The notes under the pieces are model-generated. The model made no database searches. It was not told where the DNA came from and saw nothing but the letters and a program-made list of their open reading frames with translations. A stretch of DNA of 64,000 nucleotides. Source: Corallochytrium limacisporum Hawaii. Taxonomy: Eukaryota; Protista; Pluriformea. Shown one piece after another: positions 55,612-64,000 of this stretch (the first letter of the stretch is position 1; every line of letters starts with the position of its first letter). The DNA is taken from positions 40,304 to 104,303 of the forward strand of contig PDIP01000073.1 of assembly GCA_002811645.1 (NCBI GenBank). The letters are read 5' to 3'. The position numbers were made by a program, and so were the translations under genes.

Positions 55612-56607
55612 TATTTGTGTAGGATTTCCAACGGATCATTAGTACAAGTTATCTCTTGAAGCACGTTCACTATAGTGAAAACACTGTTCACCACGAATAG
55701 CTTGCATCTGCCTCCGACAGCACACCAAGTTCATCAATTGTCTATCAAGGGAACTAAGGTCTTCCCACAAACTCTTTATTCGCAGCCTGTTGTCCGCAGC
55801 GTATCAGATGCCAGCCAGCTTTTCTCCTGCGGGTTAGATGGATCGCCGTTCGGCTTTCCCTTGGCCGCAAGCTCGGCCCAACGAGAGATCTCCCCTTCCC
55901 GTCACGACCAAAACCCAGCCACTGTTCCATAGTCGGGATTCGGGTATGATCCATAGTGAAACTACCTCGCCCGTGCATATCAAGAGTACAAAACTGTCGC
56001 CAAAAGGGACAACAAACACGCCTGCGGCATACAGACAACCCTCCGCACACCCCCCCCCCCTACCTCCTCCCCGGGCGGTGGGCCTCCCCGTCTCAGTGAG
56101 CGGTGGTGTTACTCGTCCAATTTTCGGCTCTCACTGGCGAAAAATGGCTGTACGATCACGGAAAAGAGTCGTATGAGAGACACGCTCACTTGAATAGGCT
56201 GTGGCTGGGTCGGATGTCCGCAGCTGTGTGCGACTTTGTGGCGATTAGACCCTTGCGTATGCCATAGCACACCCACAAACTTGTGATAGTGAATGCTGGG
56301 TTGTCCAGGCGCCCCTCGCATACTAACCTACACACTGCAAAATTAGTTACCATGCTGGCCCTCGAAGGGCAGATGGTGTTGAGGTTTTGGTTGGCCGTGT
56401 CGGTCTCCCCAGGCACGGTCACTCGGGCACAGGGGGAGGGAGCGGGAAGGATTCGAACTGGCAGGGCCGACCCTGCATCATTAGTGTGTGGCCGGAAGAC
56501 TGGTATTTCTGTCCCCGATGCCTTTATCAACCATGTATGCGGCGCATCTGAAACAGCAACATATCAATAACTGGTAGTTCCAATATGAACGGACAAACAG
56601 AATACTC

Positions 56608-57495
56608 ATGACGGAGCAAGCACGGGCCCTTCTGGACCGGCTTATGGGGCAGGATCGGGATCTCCTGCCTTGGCAGAAAGGCAAACAGATCACGTGGAGT
56701 GACTACACGGTCTGCAAGCACTTTCTTGCGGGAATTTGCCCGCACTTGTTATTTGAAAATACTAAAGAAAGCATCGGCACCTGTTCAAAGTTGCATGAGG
56801 TGATCTTCAGAGAACAGTACCGAGCTAGTTCGTCGTTCCAACGCCGCGGATTCGAAAACAGTCTGTACGCATTCATCGAACGTTTGGTACGACGAAAAGA
56901 CAGGGACATCAAGCGGAAGAAACTCGATACTATTAAAGATGAAAGTGACCACTTACGTGGTAAAGTTCCTGAAAAGATCCAGGAATTTTTGGACTTGGAT
57001 GCGAGGCTGGAAGAGTTACATAAAGCTTCCAACAGGGACAGCCAGGATCAGGTAAAGAAGCTAGAGCGCCAGCAGGAGTCCTTGAAGGATGAACTAGGGC
57101 CATTAGTAAGGACTAAGGTATGTGATGCCTGTGGGGGACTGCTAGGAATGGATGAACCCATTGACCGCGTGCAGGCACACAATGAAGGACGCCTTCATCA
57201 GGGATACGAAAGGCTCAGAACTGAATTAGCGGGCATGCGGCGCATGGATTGGGGTAAGCACGAAGTTGATCTCGAAGAGGACGAGTCTGGTGAAGGGAGT
57301 TTTAATTTACCAGATCATGGTCACTTGACGCGCCGCTATCCTCCAGAAGATCGTCATCGTGAGCGCAGAGATGACCGTTCATACCGAAGACCCCGGTCTA
57401 GGAGTCGATCGCCTCGGCGGCCATCTCATGATCAAGACGGATACCGGGACCGGGATCGAATCCATCGACCAGAGTCCCGGGGATGGGGTCGTTAA
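56608..57495 (+). CDS. LUC7: LUC7-like U1 snRNP protein
   Basis: ARALLDRLMG, zinc finger 1 VCKHFLAGICPHLLFENTK..G.C.K.H, zinc finger 2 VCDACGG...H..GRLH.GY, RS/RD-rich tail. Confidence 0.93.
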   Translation: MTEQARALLDRLMGQDRDLLPWQKGKQITWSDYTVCKHFLAGICPHLLFENTKESIGTCSKLHEVIFREQYRASSSFQRRGFENSLYAFIERLVRRKDRDIKRKKLDTIKDESDHLRGKVPEKIQEFLDLDARLEELHKASNRDSQDQVKKLERQQESLKDELGPLVRTKVCDACGGLLGMDEPIDRVQAHNEGRLHQGYERLRTELAGMRRMDWGKHEVDLEEDESGEGSFNLPDHGHLTRRYPPEDRHRERRDDRSYRRPRSRSRSPRRPSHDQDGYRDRDRIHRPESRGWGR

Positions 57496-59896
57496 ATTCC
57501 CATTCACGGACTGTTTGCTGGTGGGTTTGCACTCGGAGATGCATATCATAAAGCCACGCACTTGCATCTTTCCCCCACCAATTGTGGTTGGCACAATTCT
57601 TGTTCGATGTTCGGGATGTGAAATCTATATCATCCAGTTCATCATGGTGCCGTGAGAGAAACTCAAGGCAATCATGAAGGTCTACTGGTACTATTTCTGA
57701 TTCGTGTATGATCTCCAACACAGACCTCAGCATCACCCTTGGCTGCCTTGATCGTGAGTATAATGTGAATGGGACTACCTTTCTGGCAATATCTTTTCTG
57801 GGTGCTTTGTAGACAAGGGACCAAAGAATAGTGTTGGGCGGTGCATCTATACGCATGAGGAAGTCAGAGACACTGTTTGGGACCACGCACACAAATGCCT
57901 TACGCAAGAGGTCAAAGAATACTTTCTGTTCGTCTGCGAGATCTAAGATGCTTGTGACTGACAGAAGCTTGCCACAGAGCACGCCTGTGGCGGCTGCCAC
58001 AGATTGATCTCGCTCATCCTCCTCCGGGGTCGGCATGCCTTGATCAAGTAGGTGTAGCACCAGCTCTGCGCATTGTACTGTTTGGTCCACTTGAATGGTG
58101 ATCAATCGAGACAGAATCTCGATGATTGTCGAAGCTGACTCATTGTCACGTTTCGATGGACATCTTTTCACCATTGCCAGTAGAATGGCCAGGACAAGTG
58201 GTGCAAACTTGGCTAGTGACCAGGTATGGTCAAGAAAATGTGCGCGGAGAATACTCAGCAACTTGGATAATTGTGTCCAGGTCAGGTGATGTCGATCACA
58301 GGATAGTACTGTGAATACAATCGCCTGGTTGCGCCCTTTTGATGCCACAATAGCCTTGAGTATGTTTGGTGCGATGGGATGCTCTAGTATGCCAGTGCTC
58401 AATATTTGATTGGCATGTGCACAAACAATGCTATGCTTCCAGAGTTGCTCCACCGATTTCGCAGCGTGCAGTGTATCGAAACACTTGAACGTATCGCAGC
58501 TCTGGGCATGCATCAGAATGTATGAACTTGGTACTTTCTTGGCATACCACTGTAGACTGGTGCAGTCAAATGACATAATGGGTAGATAGAATAGATTGTC
58601 TGGAGCGGGAGGAGGTCGTCTATCATAGAATGCCTTACTGCGGAGCATGTCGACAGTGACCACAACTTGATCTCGAGTTGGCACGTCCTCACTATTCAAT
58701 ACGCCGCGCATAAGAGCATTGTAAACAAACTCCATAGGTGCTTGAAAGTTGGCACTACCACAACTGCTGAAGAAGGTCATGCAAATGCGGGACCGAAGAA
58801 TTGTCTGGTGTAACTCACTCATACAGTCTGTACACGAAGACAGTCGTGTGCTTGTAGAAATCAGAGATTGCACGACATCCATTGGTTCGTCTCTCATGCG
58901 AATGGAACCATATTCGCAGATTGCGTCTACAAGCTCAGATTTGCTTGGGAGACTACAGACATGGACGGGGTCAGGCAATTTCAGAATAAAGTCCACCAGC
59001 AAGGTTTGGGCTTGCAGGTGCAGACATGCACGACATAGATTTGCAATTATGTGTTGTGTTGACTCCGCACAATTCACAAGGGCCCGTATCGTTGGGTAGT
59101 AATGTATAATTTCCTCAGTGAGGAGCTCCAAAGCTTTTCTACAGACATCGTCAGGGCGGGTTAGCAGAGCAGATGCGTGTTCTAGAACTTTCAACACTGC
59201 GTCGATAGTGTGCATGTGCGTTTGATAATCGAATTTGGTGCGCGAGACTCTCTGAATTTGTAATGCCAGCGCCAGCAATGACATCGCCAACTTTGGACAT
59301 CTTATTCGAACCAATGCACCGTTTTGTACCAGACTACACAGACTGTGGACAGCTGTGTGTGAAGAAAGAGACTCCCATGTCACTCGGCTGGGCAAAGCAG
59401 AAAGCAGCATTTCCACATATTTCCCAGAGGCGACTTGCTCATGCCCATTAACTGTGTGGTCGCAAGCAATGAGCAAGAGCTCCAGCCACAGATGAGCCCG
59501 TAGCCTATGACATTGTTGCATCGTTACAATACAAAGTCTAAGTACACTGGATATGTCCGACGTATAAGGGCACAGTCGGAGGATCCCGATGAAGACCTGT
59601 GCGGACTGCGAATTTGGATTCTTGAAATTCAATTGAGTTGACACTGACAACACATCCTGGCAGGGACACTGTCTCAGATGATCTTGACATGTAGTGCCCA
59701 AGATCATCAATAAGGAATCGTTAGCTTGAACATCTTCCTCCTCTATAACTCTATGAAGCCAGATGTGCTGAGTCGATGTTGGCGACTGACGGATCCTCTC
59801 AATCAGAATTGGAACGGATACACTTGCTAAACTGGAACGATGTACTACAGGCCAGAGATCTTCCAGAGGAAGGCTCATCATGTGTGTGGTATCCAT
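57398..59896 (-). CDS. Hypothetical protein, 832 aa, Leu/Cys/His-rich and probably alpha-helical
   Basis: 2.5-kb ATG-initiated ORF with no competing long ORF over most of its length. No motif recognised. Confidence 0.7.
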   Translation of the reverse strand: MDTTHMMSLPLEDLWPVVHRSSLASVSVPILIERIRQSPTSTQHIWLHRVIEEEDVQANDSLLMILGTTCQDHLRQCPCQDVLSVSTQLNFKNPNSQSAQVFIGILRLCPYTSDISSVLRLCIVTMQQCHRLRAHLWLELLLIACDHTVNGHEQVASGKYVEMLLSALPSRVTWESLSSHTAVHSLCSLVQNGALVRIRCPKLAMSLLALALQIQRVSRTKFDYQTHMHTIDAVLKVLEHASALLTRPDDVCRKALELLTEEIIHYYPTIRALVNCAESTQHIIANLCRACLHLQAQTLLVDFILKLPDPVHVCSLPSKSELVDAICEYGSIRMRDEPMDVVQSLISTSTRLSSCTDCMSELHQTILRSRICMTFFSSCGSANFQAPMEFVYNALMRGVLNSEDVPTRDQVVVTVDMLRSKAFYDRRPPPAPDNLFYLPIMSFDCTSLQWYAKKVPSSYILMHAQSCDTFKCFDTLHAAKSVEQLWKHSIVCAHANQILSTGILEHPIAPNILKAIVASKGRNQAIVFTVLSCDRHHLTWTQLSKLLSILRAHFLDHTWSLAKFAPLVLAILLAMVKRCPSKRDNESASTIIEILSRLITIQVDQTVQCAELVLHLLDQGMPTPEEDERDQSVAAATGVLCGKLLSVTSILDLADEQKVFFDLLRKAFVCVVPNSVSDFLMRIDAPPNTILWSLVYKAPRKDIARKVVPFTLYSRSRQPRVMLRSVLEIIHESEIVPVDLHDCLEFLSRHHDELDDIDFTSRTSNKNCANHNWWGKDASAWLYDMHLRVQTHQQTVREWEFNDPIPGTLVDGFDPGPGIRLDHEMAAEAIDS

Positions 59897-60166
59897 TCTG
59901 AATGAGCATAGGACTTTGTGTTATATTTTGACAAAACTTCTACGGATCTTGTGACTGAAACCGGTGCCGCTTTCCAAAAGTACCCCGACGGCGACGATTG
60001 CTGGGTAAATCGTAGGGTCTCAGAGGTCCCAGTGAGACCCCTCTCTTTTTCATTTCGAAATTTTCGCGCGTGATGCGGCAGGGAATTGCATGGGAAGCAC
60101 GGCGAACACTTTTGTCCCGAAAGTGACACAAGAAAGAGAATCGACGGGTCTACTTGTTTATTTTAC

Positions 60167-61843
60167 CTACAGTTCTTTAGATTTAAACCGGTCAAACACA
60201 GACCGCTCCGGCTGCTCTACCGGTTTACCGGCTGCGCGGGCATCATGGGCCGCACGACGCTTGTCAAACTCGCGTTGAATAGCGAGCTTCTTGCGGTCGA
60301 TGACATTAGCCTTCTTTTTGAGGTAACGCTTCTTTGCTGTGTCGCGGCCGCGCTTCTTTTTGCGACGCTGCTCGGGAGTCAGAGATTCTTCCTTAGATTT
60401 GGACTTCTCGTTGAAGACCTCCATGTTCGATCCCTGTGGTAAAACTTTGCGAATAGCGGCAGAGTCCATCGTAATAAGCTCCGCGGGGATCTTGTCCAAG
60501 AGCGCCTTGACTTCCTGCTCCTGGCGTTCCTTCTTCGTGGCAAACGGATTCGTCTCCAGACTGTCAATGTTGGCCTCACCAGCACCCGGTACGATCATGG
60601 TCTGCAGTTGAGTATCCAGTCCTACGCCGAGGATATCCTCAAACGGACAGAACGCAGTGCTGGAGACTTTCAGGGAAGCAAACAGTTCTGTTAGGTATGG
60701 AGACTGCTGCTTTGGACCAAACGAATTCTTCCATACATGCACATGTGGACCAGCACCCACACTAATCAGACCCTTCTGACTGATGTCAATACTGGATGCT
60801 GGGTGGTGGGTAAAGTAGGAGTGCAGTTCCTTGTACATGCGCAGATCCCACACCTTCATCTGCTTGTCCATGCCTGCGGTTACCATGTAGTTCCCAGAGT
60901 TGTCCACCTTCACTGCCTCAACGTTTCCTCGATGACACAACATCTTTACAAGGTTTTGACTTGTGTTCGGGCTCCACATGGTCACAGTACCATTGCCATG
61001 ACCCAGGTGGATGATCGCATTACGCGGGTTCTGGCACATGGTCCGGATAGGGCCCATCTTCGTACGATGCTCCGCCACGACCTTGCCGTCACTGGTGTCG
61101 TGGTACTTCAGAAACCCTCCCAGACCAGTGGATACAAGCAAGAAATGGAATGGCAGAAACTCTAGACATGTAGGCTCGACGTGATTTCGGAGCACGTGCA
61201 GTTCTACGCCGTTTTGATCGTAAATGTAGGCATACTTTTTCTGTGCCACCGCATACATACTAGTGTTGTGGAGATAGCACGCATCCCGTACTGTCTCCCG
61301 TACATAATTCTCATGGATTATCCGTTTCTTTTGCCATTGCATGTCAAACACATGCCCTTTTCGCCCATAGCACAGAAGATTGTGTCCCGTGCGATCAAAT
61401 CGCACTTGGTACGGTCCAAAAGTGTCAAGATCTAGCTCGATGCGCTTTTGTCTAACACCAACTTCCACATTCTTTAAAATCTCTTCCTGGGAGAAGCGCC
61501 AGGTGCGCTCCATACCCTCCGCTTCGATGTATCCTGTGTTTTCAACATTAAGCACATCTGCATATGCAGCAGAGTACGAGGCTCCCTTTGTCTCATTAAT
61601 CTTGCGCTTGGCAAGGCCTTTTGCTTTCTTATCCTTGACATTGCTCAGCTTCACATTCACATTGCCACGTGTGTATTGCTTAGCCTTTATGGCAGTCTCT
61701 TTCTTTTGCGCCTTCTCTACGTCTGTGAGTTCTCGCTTCGGATTGTTCTCCGCTGCAGGTGTTGCCTTCTTCGACCGCTTTTTCTTGGATCTCTTTCTAC
61801 TAGATTTTCCCATTGAAGCGGATAAGTTCGCCTCACTTGCCAT
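60167..61843 (-). CDS. WDR46: WD repeat protein WDR46/UTP7 (SSU processome)
   Basis: Basic N-terminus, GYIEAEGMERTWRFSQ, QNPRNAIIHLGHGNGTVTMWSP, BING4CT motif FCPFEDILGVG...IVPGAGEANIDSLETNPF. Confidence 0.96.
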   Translation of the reverse strand: MASEANLSASMGKSSRKRSKKKRSKKATPAAENNPKRELTDVEKAQKKETAIKAKQYTRGNVNVKLSNVKDKKAKGLAKRKINETKGASYSAAYADVLNVENTGYIEAEGMERTWRFSQEEILKNVEVGVRQKRIELDLDTFGPYQVRFDRTGHNLLCYGRKGHVFDMQWQKKRIIHENYVRETVRDACYLHNTSMYAVAQKKYAYIYDQNGVELHVLRNHVEPTCLEFLPFHFLLVSTGLGGFLKYHDTSDGKVVAEHRTKMGPIRTMCQNPRNAIIHLGHGNGTVTMWSPNTSQNLVKMLCHRGNVEAVKVDNSGNYMVTAGMDKQMKVWDLRMYKELHSYFTHHPASSIDISQKGLISVGAGPHVHVWKNSFGPKQQSPYLTELFASLKVSSTAFCPFEDILGVGLDTQLQTMIVPGAGEANIDSLETNPFATKKERQEQEVKALLDKIPAELITMDSAAIRKVLPQGSNMEVFNEKSKSKEESLTPEQRRKKKRGRDTAKKRYLKKKANVIDRKKLAIQREFDKRRAAHDARAAGKPVEQPERSVFDRFKSKEL

Positions 61844-62405
61844 ATTTCTTCTAGATGGATCTGTGGCTATGTATCCATTATCTACATCACTTCAATGTAT
61901 TTCAATGTACAATTCATATGAACCGAATTGAGCAAAGGGGTTGCATGGACACGCCACAGGTACCCACTCCGTCCCGTAAGTACCATCGCACACGCGAGAC
62001 TGTGCCCTCCCGCCCCTTTCGGTTGCACAGACCCGCCCTGTATTCCTCTCTTCCGCTTCCCTCCCCACCCCTCCACGGGTCGGCACACGCGGACCCGGGC
62101 CCCTTCCTCAATGGCGGTCTGAACCCCGCCCCGGCTTGCAGAGTGAGCCCAAGTAAAGTTGGCGGCGAAAGAAAGTGCTATGGTAGCGGGCATCCGTGAT
62201 AGAAAATGGGTACAGGGCTTTTTTTTTTGCATGTTTCAAAGGAGGACATCCTTGGTTCTAAATGTGTTTATGGTAGTGATATGTATCTCATAGTATGTTA
62301 TAGACCATACAAGGCTGCTCAGTGTAGCCACGAGTGCAGGCGGTTGCTTTCTTCATTTCAATGCTTGGTTCTTCACGTTGTGATCGTTTGAGGGTTTAGA
62401 TTGGT

Positions 62406-63662
62406 TTAGACTACGACAGCAATGGGTTTTGACAGACCAAGACGGCGTATCTCATGGGCAAACCATAAGGCCAGGGACAGTAAAGTAATGCTGCCGACCT
62501 GGTGCGTGGCGGCTAGAGGAGTTGGGACATAATACAGAAGAGTGGCAATGCCGAGACTTGCCTGGGCCGTGGCCATCCCGCCGATGAGAGCACCAATCAT
62601 ACGCGCCCGAGGAGTGAGAGTAGCCGTGCGGGAAACAGCGGTCATGGCCACGCATGCGGCAAAGGTTGTGATGCCAAGCACTCGGTGATCGAACTGCACA
62701 GTAGTGGGGTTCTCAGTGAAATTCTTCCAGGTTGGGTTCATGGCCAGGATGTCGTCAGGGACCCAGCAGTCGGCCATTTTCGGAAAAGAGTTATACAGTA
62801 GACCGGCGTCCAGACCAGCCACAAACGCACCCGACATGCTGGTTGCAAAAATCAAGCCAGCCAGGCCACTTGCGACGGGGCTCAGCTTCATGGCCGATTT
62901 GATGACCTCAGCCTTAGCCGCTCCCGGGGGACTAAGCATGCTCAGGGAAGTCAGCAAACTGCATGCATAAATAACAAAAGCGAGACCGAGATGAGCCGCG
63001 AGCCGGTACTGGCTCACCCGGGGTACATCTTTCTGAGTCGCTTCATCGTACGTGAGACCCGACTTGACCATATACCATCCCATGAGTCCCTGTCCACAGA
63101 TCAAAGCACCAATACCAAAAATTGGCAGTTTATAAGACTGCGGAATCTTGCCCCGGGCCCAGAAGTAAGAAGCAGGCAATATGTAAGATAGGCCGATTAG
63201 GCGGCCCCACATGCGGTGTCCCCATTCCATGTAGAAGATTCTCTTGAATTCTGACAGAGTGAAGTGACTGTGAACGTACTTGTATTCCGGGGATGCCTGA
63301 TACTTCGCAAACTCTTCTTCCCATTCGGCTTGAGTTCGTGGAGGTTTCATTTCGCGAATGAGATTCCAGGTGGTCATAGAAAGCCCAGACTCTGTTAGGC
63401 GAGTGATACCCCCAAGTACAACCGATCCAACCACCAGACCAGAGACACCCAAGAGCCACTTCCCGACTGCCGGAGCAGCAGCAGTCTGGATCCGCGAATT
63501 AGCGATGGTAGCACCTCCCGCTACAGCTTCAACCCCAAGTTTTTTTCCTGTGGTGATTCCGCGGGTGAGACTGCGGAGCAAGAAAGGTCGTGCAGCCATC
63601 AGCGGAGCGGACCGACGAGCGAATACCGGCCAGCTACACCGGAGTATTCCGTGCACAAGCAT
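62406..63662 (-). CDS. COX15: Heme A synthase COX15
   Basis: LGGITRLTESGLSM, EWGHRMWGR, QGLMGWYMVKSGL, VSQYRLAAHL, GAFVAGLDAGLLYNSFPKM, VQFDHR. Mitochondrial presequence. Confidence 0.97.
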   Translation of the reverse strand: MLVHGILRCSWPVFARRSAPLMAARPFLLRSLTRGITTGKKLGVEAVAGGATIANSRIQTAAAPAVGKWLLGVSGLVVGSVVLGGITRLTESGLSMTTWNLIREMKPPRTQAEWEEEFAKYQASPEYKYVHSHFTLSEFKRIFYMEWGHRMWGRLIGLSYILPASYFWARGKIPQSYKLPIFGIGALICGQGLMGWYMVKSGLTYDEATQKDVPRVSQYRLAAHLGLAFVIYACSLLTSLSMLSPPGAAKAEVIKSAMKLSPVASGLAGLIFATSMSGAFVAGLDAGLLYNSFPKMADCWVPDDILAMNPTWKNFTENPTTVQFDHRVLGITTFAACVAMTAVSRTATLTPRARMIGALIGGMATAQASLGIATLLYYVPTPLAATHQVGSITLLSLALWFAHEIRRLGLSKPIAVVV

Positions 63663-64000
63663 TGCTTTTGCTCGAACAATATAGTCGTTACTATGTTTAC
63701 TTGCTGATCCTAGTGAACTTGTGCATTATATCACATCCACGGTCCATACGATCAAATACCCACCAGATATTGCCGACCCGTCTTCTCTTTCCACGTGTGG
63801 GTTGGCGGGCCATTTCCTGCCCGAAATTTCTTCCGCTTCTGAGTGTGTTCGGGACAAGCAGCCCCGAAATGTATAGAGCCAGCAACAAATTGGGCAGTAA
63901 ATTATGTACTACCACCCTCTGTCTCCTAAGTATGAGACAAATCGCACGAAAACGAGAACCCCGATCACTCTTTTTAATCATGATTGAGTAATATATATTT

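Noticed and set aside
1-64000. CRISPR arrays, rRNA, transposase/RT genes, additional tRNAs, selenoprotein/SECIS elements
   Set aside because: By eye I found no repeat-spacer periodicity, rRNA motifs or mobile-element ORFs. Other GTTCGA-like sites lack T-stems, and no SECIS-like structure was supportable.

Overview
Gene-dense eukaryotic nuclear DNA with three assembly gaps. It carries 20 protein-coding genes, all readable as uninterrupted ORFs (the longest is 8 kb), and one intron-containing tRNA gene. The genes are ATAD1/Msp1, V-ATPase A, POLR3F, a MacroD-type macrodomain, spastizin/ZFYVE26-like, GBE1, legumain, an EngB GTPase, a secreted Cys-rich repeat protein, an LRR protein, ketopantoate reductase, an AtuA-like/DUF4387 fusion, cramped-like, alsin, an MDR oxidoreductase, enoyl-CoA hydratase, LUC7, an 832-aa orphan, WDR46/UTP7 and COX15. 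Animal-like genes in an intron-poor genome suggest a unicellular opisthokont or holozoan, for example Corallochytrium-like; this is inference only. The most striking feature is the tRNA-Thr(CGT) gene at 526-651. It is canonical everywhere, including its intron-splicing signal, except that acceptor positions 1-3 read AAT where GGC is needed. A GGC lies in register in a 3'-trailer hairpin. This points to nuclear tRNA 5'-editing, to a new circular permutation at position 3/4, or to a pseudogene. Other points of note: a DUF547-like insert and a degenerate FYVE domain in spastizin, a ~10 kb region without long ORFs that carries splice signals, splice signals seen upstream of rather than inside CDSs, recurring E2F/CHR-like motifs, and a convergent CDS overlap at LUC7. 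Protein family calls come from motif recognition, not from database searches.
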